A DNA stretch of 63,132 bases, counting the filler, from Globobulimina sp. (taxonomy: Eukaryota): the NCBI GenBank assembly GCA_003354225.1. It is 50 parts of 50 records of this genome, joined end to end, with 100 filler letters (N's around TTAATTAATTAA, not from the genome) between each part and the next. Parts side by side here need not be neighbours in the genome. Positions count along the whole stretch, not along the records: positions 12,655 to 13,819 come from PIVH01021885.1; positions 13,920 to 15,084 come from PIVH01021886.1; positions 15,185 to 16,349 come from PIVH01021887.1; positions 16,450 to 17,614 come from PIVH01021888.1; positions 17,715 to 18,879 come from PIVH01021889.1; positions 18,980 to 20,144 come from PIVH01021890.1; positions 20,245 to 21,409 come from PIVH01021891.1; positions 21,510 to 22,674 come from PIVH01021892.1; 42 more parts are not named here. One strand, 5' to 3'. The notes under the pieces are model-generated. The model searched no databases. It had not been told where the DNA came from and saw nothing but the letters and a program-made list of their open reading frames with translations. A program made the translations under genes and the position numbers. Positions 12,655 through 22,847 of the stretch are shown here, in pieces (position 1 is the stretch's first letter; each line of letters begins with the position of its first letter).

Positions 12655-13563
12655 ATACCACAATGCATTCGGTTTACAGCTATGATTTATGCGACAAATT
12701 GAAGCAAATAATCCTTTGTAATTATCCCTCATTGAAACACAATTCGTTGACATAATATCAATAATAATATCCAAAATATTACTACTTTCATTATTGACCG
12801 ATATGGAATGACTAAAACTTTCTATTATTTGCATATCTTTTTTAGTCAAACTTTTCAATGCATTTTTTACTGAATCACCCATCAAACCATTTACTGTAAA
12901 AAAGGGTGCCTCGCATAAAATGATTCTTCCTTTTTTTATATTTTGTAATGCCATCAAACCATGTCCTTTGTAGGCAATTTGAACCAGCTCATATAACAAA
13001 GATTTTTTATAAATAATATCATTCATTGTTTTTGTAATGGAAAACATCAAATTATTATCATATGTTTTACATATTTTTTTAGATTGTAATGCTGACTGAA
13101 TGTTATTTAAAGCTTTCTTAATTTCTTTGCTTGGATTGATGTTATATGCTTTTTGAATATCTAATAAGGCATTGGATAAATCATTTATTTTTTTATAACA
13201 TTGACTCCTCCGAAATAATGATTTAATATCATTGCCATCATAGGATAAAATTAATGCACATTTATCAATGCATTGATGCCAATTTTTTAGTTTAAAATGT
13301 ATGGCAGATATATTTTTTAATGCTGTGATTCTTATTTCGCTAAATTTAATTAAGAGGGCTTTGTCAGTTACAATGTAATTATAGAGTTTGGTATCAATGA
13401 CTTGCAACTCTTTTTTGTTCGATAATCCAACAAATTTTAATATTTCACAATAGTAAGCTAATGCACGCGAATATTCTCTCTTTTTAAAATTATTGTTTCC
13501 TTTGGTTTTCCATGATAACAAGCTTTCAAATAATTTATTCGATTTTGTTTGCAATTCTTCCAT
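12655..13563 (-). CDS. TPR + SET domain lysine methyltransferase (SMYD-like), 3' truncated
   Basis: TPR (KTKGNNNFKKREYSRALAYY...KSLFRRSQCY), SET N-term KGHGLMALQNIKKGRIILCEAP, and RINHSCKPNA. Confidence 0.85.
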
Positions 13564-13921
13564 TTGACATTTAAACCTCGCTCACATCAACTGTCAGTGA
13601 AAAACATTGTTTATAATGACAGCTTTGTTTGAAACGAAAATAACGAAGCGCGTACCCTAAACTAAGCGTGTGTACACCTGTTACCATAGGACGTTTAATT
13701 GATGTACAGGTGGTCGAGCAAGTCTAGTTGATAAACCATCCACCACATTAGGGCTTTCCGATAAGTACTGATTTTTTGAAAAACTTATCAAACAGTTCTC
13801 AAAAATGCAATCAGTTCAANNNNNNNNNNNNNNNNNNNNNNNNNNNNNNNNNNNNNNNNNNNNTTAATTAATTAANNNNNNNNNNNNNNNNNNNNNNNNN
13901 NNNNNNNNNNNNNNNNNNNAT

Positions 13922-14461
13922 GATAATAATACTGTAAACAATGGGATCGATCTAGACTTTAAAGACGACAGTAAAGACAATGACGACTTAAATGAAATTA
14001 ATTTATGTCAAGCATTGCCTCAAAGGAAAAAAAAAGAAATAAAATATGAATACTTGGATCATACCGCGGATATTCAATTACATTCTTGGGGCAATACAAT
14101 AAATGAATCATTTGAACAGATTGGAATTGCAATGTTTGGATATATGACCGAGTTAGAAACCATTGATTATGTAAAATCATTTGAGATAAATGCAAAAGGC
14201 CACGATTTACATTCATTATTATTCCATTTTTTAGATGAACTTTTAGTGGCATTTAGCATTGAGAATTATTTGTTATTTCGAGACATAGAAATCACTGAAT
14301 TTGATATTAAGAATTTTTCAATAAAAGCAATTGGTTTTGGCGAACATATGGATTTAAAAAAACATCCACAAGGAACTGAAGTAAAAGCAATCACATATTC
14401 TGCAATGCAAATTAAACACACTGATAAAATCACAGAGTGTTGGGTTGTTGTTGACATTTAA
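13922..14461 (+). CDS. ZBTB8OS: Archease (RtcB tRNA ligase cofactor), 5' truncated
   Basis: YEYLDHTADIQLHSWG and KHPQGTEVKAITYSAMQ; frame is open to the contig edge. Confidence 0.93.
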   Translation, partial: DNNTVNNGIDLDFKDDSKDNDDLNEINLCQALPQRKKKEIKYEYLDHTADIQLHSWGNTINESFEQIGIAMFGYMTELETIDYVKSFEINAKGHDLHSLLFHFLDELLVAFSIENYLLFRDIEITEFDIKNFSIKAIGFGEHMDLKKHPQGTEVKAITYSAMQIKHTDKITECWVVVDI

Positions 14462-14611
14462 GCAAAATGTAGCCACGCAGCAAAAATAAAAATGTTTTTA
14501 AGTACTGCATGGTCAAAAAAACGATATAAATCTATATTTTGACGATCGGAGTTTAACGGTACAAAGTCCAAACTGCTCTCATTTTCAGTGCAAACATATG
14601 ACAACGAACAA

Positions 14612-15084
14612 TTAATGAAGAAAACCATATTTCGACCACTCCGAAGTATCCACCTCATCCATCTGATGATCAACAACCTTCACAACACTTATTAGGAAAT
14701 CAGCAGCTTTCACAAATTTTGAATGATGACAAGTAAATCGAATAAAATTGCTATTGCCATTTCTATATCTAACACATTTGCGATAGCATGCAAATAATGA
14801 CTTATTTGTTTCCGATTTAAATTCAAATTTCATCTCAACATTGCTAATTTTGCATGGTATTGCCATTGGTTTGACTGCCATAAATATATTAAATTCATCC
14901 GTACACCAAAACATATCAAATCCCTCATTTTTAAAACTCTTACAACCGATCATATCCTTCCAATTGAAATTATTAATTATCTTCATTTTATAATATTTAA
15001 TAGTTAATATATCCACACACAGTGACACGTCAATATAGCAGTTGTTATTACAATTTATAAATTGCTGTTTTGTTATCGATTCAA
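14612..15084 (-). CDS. Hypothetical protein, possibly MATH-like C-terminal domain
   Basis: 138-aa ORF with beta-sandwich-like pattern; weak. Confidence 0.3.
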
Positions 15085-15241
15085 NNNNNNNNNNNNNNNN
15101 NNNNNNNNNNNNNNNNNNNNNNNNNNNNTTAATTAATTAANNNNNNNNNNNNNNNNNNNNNNNNNNNNNNNNNNNNNNNNNNNNTGTGAGTATTTTATAA
15201 ATTAAAACTAAAAGAAAAGTACAAATTAATTTTTAAATTAT

Positions 15242-16075
15242 TCAGTCTCCTCTCTTTGCGCTAAATACACTAAATCGTATTGTGCCGATTGCGAAGCCAA
15301 TCCACATGAATACCACAGATATTAATGATAACCATAAATATGAATTTCCTCTGCAAACCATCTCATATAAACCTTTCCGAGTTAATATTGATTTTAAGAC
15401 ATAAATCCAAAAAATTGACACATTACTTGTCCAATCCTCTGTTTTTACATCTTTGTAACCAAGTTTATCAAAGTGTGATTCATATATGTTTTGCCTGAAA
15501 TCCATGTTAACGAACTATTAAAATATTTAGAAACCATTCTTAACACAAACCTATCAATCATTGTTAATTCACTTTCTGTTTTACAGCACCAAGTCGCGCA
15601 TAAAAAATTTCCATTTGGTTTTAAAATACGATAATTTTCCTTCAAAAATGCATAATGATCCGGAATATGTTCAGCCATCTCGCAGCTCCAAATAAAATCA
15701 AATTTGTTATCTTTGAATTGCGTTTCTTTTCAAAAACTCATTATTTGATGTCTTACTAATTTTATTTGCAATTTCCAGCTGTTTATTGCTAATGTTAATT
15801 CCGGTAACTTTGCTGTTTTTGTATTTTTGTGATAAATATTCGGTCGAACCACCGACGCCGCAGCGTGTATCAAGAATTTCTGTCTCTTTTTTACCATCAA
15901 TTTCAGGGCTCCCAAATGCTAACATTAATTCAATTAAATTGATTTGCGCTTCGTAAGGGGTCTTATTATCATTGATAGAGTCAAAATAGCCATGATGACA
16001 ATGGTTGCCCCAAACAGAAACCCATGATTCTGTTGTTGCATCATAAAATTCACCGATTCGATCGTAAACGCTCAT
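15242..16075 (-). pseudogene. Gamma-tocopherol methyltransferase (VTE4)-like SAM methyltransferase, two frameshifts
   Basis: IGEFYDATTESWVSVWGNHCHHGY, ILDTRCGVGG, FDFIWSCEMAEHIPD, LKPNG..LCATWC, VKTEDW. Homology is split over three frames, with breaks near 15718 and 15485. Confidence 0.75.
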
Positions 16076-16450
16076 ATTTGATTATATAGATATTAAATTT
16101 TCCAGACCAAATTTATATAAATCACAATTCAAGCGAATTGCCGATATGAGATTCACACAACATGCAGCTACAATAAATAAAGATTTGTGACTTATATATA
16201 CCCACAAATGCTTTCATTTCCACTGTATCTCCTGCTAAATATTGGACACCATATTTAGAGCCGCCATCACTGTCCCATTTCTGTGCCCATCTTACATATG
16301 CATAATGTTTGATTGTTTGGTGCCTTCTGCGCTGTAAAAAGAAGTGTCANNNNNNNNNNNNNNNNNNNNNNNNNNNNNNNNNNNNNNNNNNNNTTAATTA
16401 ATTAANNNNNNNNNNNNNNNNNNNNNNNNNNNNNNNNNNNNNNNNNNNNG

Positions 16451-16672
16451 TTACATACGCTAATTTGGGTACGTTATAATGATCATCTAATTGAACCGAT
16501 CAATTTTATTAAAACTATTCAATTAAAAGATAAAAGTTGTATTGAATGTTACGAAAATATGCAAATTCGAAAAGATCAAAATGGCAATCAAATTGTTCAG
16601 TATTTACAAACTACAACTGGGCGAGTTATTTTTAATCATACAGTTCAACGAACATTAAATCTTCTGTCATAA
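16451..16672 (+). CDS. rpoC1: Plastid RNA polymerase beta' subunit, 3' end
   Basis: LHTLIWVRY...IVQYLQTTTGRVIFN...* lies 38 nt upstream of rpoC2. Confidence 0.88.
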   Translation, partial: LHTLIWVRYNDHLIEPINFIKTIQLKDKSCIECYENMQIRKDQNGNQIVQYLQTTTGRVIFNHTVQRTLNLLS

Positions 16673-16710
16673 ATAATTTATGTTAATTCAAATAAAGAGA
16701 TACAATTTTT

Positions 16711-17614
16711 ATGAAAAATTACATATATCAAAATACATTAATTAGTAAAAAACAACTCAAGCATTTACTGGCATGGAGTTTTACAAAATATGATTCGATG
16801 CAAGCATGTTTACTTGCTGATGAATTAAAATATTTAGGTTTCAAATACGCTAGTAAAGCTGGTATTTCAATTAGTATTGAAGACTTAAAAGTACCTTTCA
16901 ATAAAAATTTGTTATTACAAATTGCAAATCAAGAGATTCAAAGTGCCGATAAAATTCATGCAAAAGGTAAACTTACCGATGTTGAAAGATTTCAAAAAAT
17001 TATCGATACATGGAATTTGACAAGTGAATCATTAAAAGATGAAGTTGTTTCATATTTTAAAAATTATGATCCACTAAATTCTGTTTATATTATGGCATTT
17101 TCTGGCGCACGAGGGAATCTATCGCAAGTGCGACAATTAGTCGGAATGCGTGGGTTAATGTCTGATCCAAGTGGTGAAATTCTTCAACTACCAATTAAAA
17201 AGAACTTTCGTGAAGGTTTAACAATTACTGATTACTTAATGTCAGGATATGGAGCACGAAAAGGAATTATTGATACAGCTTTAAAAACAGCAAATTCCGG
17301 TTATTTAACGCGTCGTCTAATTGATGTTGCTCAAGATATCATTATTCGGGAGAAAGATTGTTTAACAACACATTCTTGCCTAGTTGAGAATAAATTACAA
17401 ACAAGTAATTCAATTTACGATAAAATTTTAGGACGTTTAATTAATAAACCTATTTATGATTCACAAACAAACGAATTAATTGCTGATATTAATACACAAA
17501 TAACTCCCAATTTAATTAAAACGTTAAAACAACGGCAAATAAAAAGTTTTTATATCCGTTCCCCATTAACCTGTAGTTTATATCGTTCAATTTGTCAGAA
17601 ATGTTATGGTTGGG
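16711..17614 (+). CDS. rpoC2: Plastid RNA polymerase beta'' subunit, 5' part (diatom-type)
   Basis: MKNYIYQNTLISKKQLK, MAFSGARGN, GARKGIIDTALKTANSGYLTRRL, IRSPLTC...ICQKCYGW. Confidence 0.96.
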
Positions 17615-17714
17615 NNNNNNNNNNNNNNNNNNNNNNNNNNNNNNNNNNNNNNNNNNNNTTAATTAATTAANNNNNNNNNNNNNNNNNNNNNNNNNNNNNN
17701 NNNNNNNNNNNNNN

Positions 17715-18879
17715 AAAGACGAAGAAGAAGAAGAATATGAAGAGGATGAAGAGGAAGAGTATGAAGAAGAGGATGAAGAATTTGATGTAACGCATGATAT
17801 TTATGATAAAATTAATTACAAAACAACCCAACAAATATTATCGGCACAATTTGTATTAAAATTGTCACTAAATAATCCTGATGATAATGCGAATGATATC
17901 GGTGATGACGATGATATTTACCAATGCAAAAAAATAGACAATTTTATAATTACATTACCGCATTTACCCAAATTTAATGATAAAAATGTGATTAACACAA
18001 TACATTCATATAAATTATACGTAAAATTATTGAATACAAATATTTGGAGATTGTTTAAAACATTTTATTTCACAGAATACATCTTTGATGATCCAAATAA
18101 TGATGTTTTGATTTCAAAGCAATTAAATATTAACAGAGTAGAAGACGGTGGCGGGTCAATACAAATATTCTCCAAATCATCAATCATTATAAAAGAAAGT
18201 GGCATTATTAATGCTAATTATTGTGGTTTCAACAATGTCCAATTAGTAAATGATTATGAAGACGATGAGGAGGATAAGGCAGAGATTGAAGATGATATAT
18301 TAAAATATGGTGCAACCCAACGAAGCGATGATGATTACGATTCCTATATTTTAGGCGGAGGAATTATAGAATTGATTTCAGAAAAAAATATTGTAAACAA
18401 TGGCAAATTAATCACAAATGGTGGTACAATTAAACTTTTTGCTAAAAACGATTTTGTAAATAATGGACAGATATTGTCAAGCAACGATGGAGACATTTTT
18501 ATTCAATGTCGGGGTGAACAAAGATATGATAAATCATCAATCGTTCCACAGCCAAAAATACAGAATGTTCATACTAAAATTGATGGATTCACAGACATTG
18601 AGAGAGTGATTGCAAAAAATGCACATAAAATTGGTATAAAAGTGCGCGAAAAAAATGGAGCCAGCCGAGATGCAACGGGTCCAAATAATTTATTGGATGC
18701 ATCGGATCGTTATTATTTAAGCAGAGATTTAAAGACTTTTGGTATTGACAGTGATTGGATAATATTTGAAATGGAAAACGCACATTTTATTACCGGCATT
18801 TCGATACAAAATCATCCGCAAAAAAATGGTATCAAAAATATTGCGCTATATTTAACCAAAGAAATGTATGTGCATAAAA
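17715..18879 (+). CDS. Hypothetical protein (acidic N-term, GGGII/INNG repeats, possible discoidin-like domain), partial
   Basis: Frame is open across the whole contig; PNNLLD...YYLS...DWIIFEM resembles the start of an F5/8-type C domain. Confidence 0.5.
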
Positions 18880-18979
18880 NNNNNNNNNNNNNNNNNNNNN
18901 NNNNNNNNNNNNNNNNNNNNNNNTTAATTAATTAANNNNNNNNNNNNNNNNNNNNNNNNNNNNNNNNNNNNNNNNNNNN

Positions 18980-20144
18980 AGAGCTTTACTAATTTTCTCC
19001 AGCATCAATCCATATTTTACACTCTCAAATGAGATATTTAATTTACAATTTATTACATAAATAATGAATCCAAGTATACAAAATACATAACAACCCGTCA
19101 TACAGCACACAAAAACCAATTGGGATGAATCAAACAAACCATTATTGATAATAATCCATATCAGCCATACAATTGGTGACATCAAAGAAATAAATGATGA
19201 TAAAACATATATAATCCAACCAAATTGCTTCCATATTGGTATATAGCACACTTTATTTTCAATTACACCAATATTATCATCAATGAATTGCTTTTTTTCT
19301 GTGTTTTCCATTTGCAAATATTTATACTGTTCCATCACTATTTGTTGCAGCGACATTGCATTGATTTTATTTAATAACCCTTGCGATTCTCCATTAACAA
19401 TCGTTGTTTTCCCTGAAACACATAATAAAATACAAAATATTTTCTGCATTCGAATCAAAGAATTTCTATCTTTCAGCAGATACTGCAAAGGCACATTGTG
19501 CCGAATTACAGCGCAAAAACGTTCCACCAAAAAAGATTTTGAAAACGGTAAATTTGGGAAAAATATGTTAATAAAACATATCAATAATAGAATATATTGC
19601 ATCTGTTTAAAATCACAATGCCACAAATCCATAAAACAAACAATAAATATCATAGTTAAAAGTAATAAAATTTCAATGCTTATCATGCATGGAAAACAGT
19701 ATAAATATTTGGTGTGAGATCTATATTTTGGAACCAAATCAAAACTAAAAAACGTAATAATTATCAAATATGTAATTCCGACAAGAAACGCTATCATACA
19801 TAAAATTGTGACAATAAAATGAATGTTTAGACAAATAATAATAATTTGCATAATTGTACTTGGTATAATCAATGATAATTGATAATAAATCCAAAATGCA
19901 AATGTGTTTTTTGTGAGGATAAACGTGACTGAATATAATGGAGAGAGACCCACAAATATGGGCATTAATAATATAACAATAATATAGTTAATAATTTTAC
20001 AACATCGATTGGCCTGATTGCAACGGGTAAAAGTGTCATATATCGGATTTCCAGGTAGTTCGTATTTATGCGCAGATATAAAGTACACAATAAATGAAAA
20101 GGGTGCTATTGGATTTGCTAGTTCGCCATTATCATCATCCTCGA
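18980..20144 (-). CDS. Multi-pass membrane protein, partial
   Basis: About 8 hydrophobic segments; open through the contig. Confidence 0.55.
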
Positions 20145-20245
20145 NNNNNNNNNNNNNNNNNNNNNNNNNNNNNNNNNNNNNNNNNNNNTTAATTAATTAA
20201 NNNNNNNNNNNNNNNNNNNNNNNNNNNNNNNNNNNNNNNNNNNNT

Positions 20246-21190
20246 CACAACAATTTTAATCAGGCAAATGAAAAGTTTCTGTATATCGTCAATATTATAC
20301 AAGACATTACCTTTAAGCACGTCAACGAGTATAAATGTTTGCCTTTCAATCAAACGCAAAATCGGAATATTAACAATTCGCAAAAGATCACACATCAAAA
20401 GGCGCAGCATTTATACATAAAATGCAGGAAAACTATGCTGCGGTTATGTCCTCAGAATCAATTGAAAAATGTTGATAACAAAGAAGAGGAACAGGATGAT
20501 GCTGACGATGACGATGAGAGTTCTGATGGGAATGCAGCACAATTGCAGCATAATATATTTTTATTGGTTATTAATTTTGTTGTTTTTACGCTTTTTATTC
20601 CCGTGTTGGCGCAGATAATGCAGGTTATATTTGGTGGTAAAAAAAGAAAAAGCTCCAGTTATAAAACAAAAGGATATGCATCAAAAATGTCGTATTTTGT
20701 CAATCCGTTTGATAATGTTAATATAATTCGATATATTATTGGCGATTTGGAAGCATTGTTTGAAATCGGGCCGCAACAACAACAGAGTTTGATGAATCAG
20801 TCGATTATGTATGAACCATCGCAGTCTGTTACAAATTCGCCCAATTTAGCATTGAAACGAAGGGAAAAGAGACCGAAACATTGTTATAATTCTAATGATA
20901 ATAATATATGGAATCAGCCTCAGGGCGAATGGGAATCGTATTATGTGTTAAAAATATCGCAAATGGTTTATAATAGATTAATATCAAAAAATGAAGGAAT
21001 TAAACATTTTTATTGCAAGTACTTGGCAAAATTTCATCGGAAATATTTGACGGATTCAAGAGTTATTGCATGGATTTTAATGTTAGTTATAACATTTTTA
21101 TTTTGCCATTATATCCTATTTTATATGGTATTCTTTTTATTTTCATTGGCTGTGATTATCCCGCAACTGCAATTAGCAATTAATTATTGA
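20246..21190 (+). CDS. Membrane protein, 5' truncated
   Basis: Frame open from the edge; one central and two C-terminal hydrophobic segments. Confidence 0.55.
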   Translation, partial: HNNFNQANEKFLYIVNIIQDITFKHVNEYKCLPFNQTQNRNINNSQKITHQKAQHLYIKCRKTMLRLCPQNQLKNVDNKEEEQDDADDDDESSDGNAAQLQHNIFLLVINFVVFTLFIPVLAQIMQVIFGGKKRKSSSYKTKGYASKMSYFVNPFDNVNIIRYIIGDLEALFEIGPQQQQSLMNQSIMYEPSQSVTNSPNLALKRREKRPKHCYNSNDNNIWNQPQGEWESYYVLKISQMVYNRLISKNEGIKHFYCKYLAKFHRKYLTDSRVIAWILMLVITFLFCHYILFYMVFFLFSLAVIIPQLQLAINY

Positions 21191-21509
21191 GTTCATTTTT
21201 TGTTTTTTTTATTTTATAATTATTGGATTGATCATGACATATAACAGTATTTAAACAATTTTATTCTATTTTCACTTAAAACAAATTCCAACATTTCTAT
21301 TTTGTCATTGTCAGTCATCGTTCACATCAAAAAATGGCACAATTAAATTAAAGTAAAAACACTAATATTTATATATTGCTAATTGTTTTTGAAAATTTGC
21401 CAACAAACTNNNNNNNNNNNNNNNNNNNNNNNNNNNNNNNNNNNNNNNNNNNNTTAATTAATTAANNNNNNNNNNNNNNNNNNNNNNNNNNNNNNNNNNN
21501 NNNNNNNNN

Positions 21510-21628
21510 ATGAATACAATTTCAAAGCTAGTAAGCTTACCAATGCGAGCCTTACATTCACTAGCACCCATATAATCCCTAGCCTTAAGAGCCTTGTACA
21601 TCTTATCTATCAACTCTTGTCTTGTCAT
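21510..21628 (-). CDS. Small hypothetical protein (MTRQELIDKMYKALKARDY...), truncated
   Basis: GAGGTG at 21637-21632 precedes the ATG at 21628. Confidence 0.6.
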
Positions 21629-21766
21629 ATACACCTCATTCCTTGTTTGAGACCTCATCTCACATAGCCTAAAATCGCTATTAGCGAGCCTTAGTGCCAT
21701 TTATATGCACATTAGGTCATACACCGCCTAATCGCAAGCCTTATCGCTTACACAGAGCCTCACCGA

Positions 21767-21782
21767 CAAATTATTAAAGAGC
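21767..21782 (-). promoter_or_regulatory. boxA-like antitermination motif
   Basis: GCTCTTTAATAATTTG versus the rrn/lambda-type boxA context GCTCTTTAACAATTT (one mismatch). Confidence 0.45.
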
Positions 21783-21789
21783 CTGACAT

Positions 21790-21854
21790 GATCTCATCAG
21801 CATACGCATAACGTATGGCTACCTAGTAATATATATATACTAGGCATTTCGATC
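21790..21854 (-). ncRNA. Type II hammerhead ribozyme fold with variant core (G at position 16.1)
   Basis: Minus strand: GAUC-GAAA-[UGCCUAGUA UAUAUAUAU UACUAGGUA]-G-C-[CAUACG UUAUG CGUAUG]-CUGAUGA-GAUC. Both core boxes and all three stems are present. Confidence 0.8.
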
Positions 21855-21856
21855 TG

Positions 21857-21946
21857 TTAAATATTATGCTTATAATGTAATCCACATACTTGACATACAT
21901 AGCATTGATATAACCTTGAATATTTACGATATAGACATAAGCACAT
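21857..21946 (-). CDS. 29-aa Cys-rich small protein (possible zinc ribbon)
   Basis: AGGAG SD 8 nt before ATG; MCLCLYRKYSRLYQCYVCQVCGLHYKHNI*. Below the size cutoff of the supplied ORF track. Confidence 0.55.
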   Translation of the reverse strand: MCLCLYRKYSRLYQCYVCQVCGLHYKHNI

Positions 21947-21967
21947 GGTATTATCTCCTATTAGGTT

Positions 21968-22002
21968 ACAGTAACCATAGGCTATTAACCTATGGCTACC
22001 GT
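21968..22002 (-). promoter_or_regulatory. Intergenic 14-bp stem-loop (possible RNA processing site)
   Basis: ACGGUAGCCAUAGG-UUAAUAG-CCUAUGGUUACUGU; no U-tail; directly precedes the SD of the sORF. Confidence 0.55.
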
Positions 22003-22012
22003 TAGTTATATA

Positions 22013-22243
22013 TTAGAGCTTAACTACTTTGCCTTTAGGCTTATTACTACTCTTGTTATTATTTACCATTAGGCAAAACTTAACTTTGTATTCGCCTTGT
22101 TCGCTCATACCAAAGTTATTGCCATACGATTCGCCGATTTGTGTATTAACTTTGCCTTTAGCATTAATAGTCTCAACACCTTGACCAAAGTTAATATCTG
22201 TAAATGTTACTGTACCCGCTTGTTTATTGATTACCATACCCAT
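22013..22243 (-). CDS. Small hypothetical phage-like protein (76 aa)
   Basis: GAGG SD upstream of the ATG at 22243 (MGMVINKQAGTVTF...). Confidence 0.6.
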   Translation of the reverse strand: MGMVINKQAGTVTFTDINFGQGVETINAKGKVNTQIGESYGNNFGMSEQGEYKVKFCLMVNNNKSSNKPKGKVVKL

Positions 22244-22774
22244 GATTTTAGTCCTCACTATTTAACTACTGTTAATATATACAGTCCACAATAACTGTAT
22301 TCACTATTCACAACTGTTATCGATTGATATATCGCTATCTGATACCCGATTAACCAGTACCATATAAGCCAAATACGCTTTTGGTGTCATGTCGCTTAGT
22401 CCTTTCTGTCGAGTTTTCGTTCTCTTTCGACATAACCCAATTTTACAGGATTTTCTCGAGCTTTTCAAATCGCATTTTTCTATTGACAAAACGGCAAAAA
22501 ATATCTAACTTTTGAGGCGTAAATACTCGGTGTTTTCGAGGCTTTTGTATTGAGACGTTGACTGGTAAAAACAAAGTCTCCAAAAAATCGAAAAAAATCT
22601 TTTCTCCAATACAAATCGTGTTTTGAAGTACGATTCTATCGATTAACATTTCAAAAAACTTCCATCCGGTATTTNNNNNNNNNNNNNNNNNNNNNNNNNN
22701 NNNNNNNNNNNNNNNNNNTTAATTAATTAANNNNNNNNNNNNNNNNNNNNNNNNNNNNNNNNNNNNNNNNNNNN

Positions 22775-22847
22775 AGGCTCTATCAAAAAATTGCCTGAAT
22801 ATTAGTGATGCATCAGATGTCTTTTCTTCTTTCTTTTCCTGTGCCAT
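22775..22847 (-). CDS. Possible N-terminus of an ETHE1-like persulfide dioxygenase
   Basis: MAQEKKEEKTSDASLIFRQFFDRA at the contig edge; LIFRQxF is the ETHE1 start motif. Only 24 codons are visible. Confidence 0.35.

Larger units (their letters stand above)
21510..22674 (-). mobile_element. Phage-like contig (early-region style: tiny SD-led ORFs, hairpins, ribozyme)
   Basis: Three short co-oriented ORFs, each with a Shine-Dalgarno (GAGG, AGGAG, GAGGTG); no introns; stem-loop-rich spacers; boxA-like motif; hammerhead fold. No hallmark phage gene is present. Confidence 0.6.

Noticed and set aside
22483-22512. Sigma70 promoter starting TTGACA on the plus strand of the phage-like contig
   Set aside because: Poor -10 match, and it points away from the ORF cluster.
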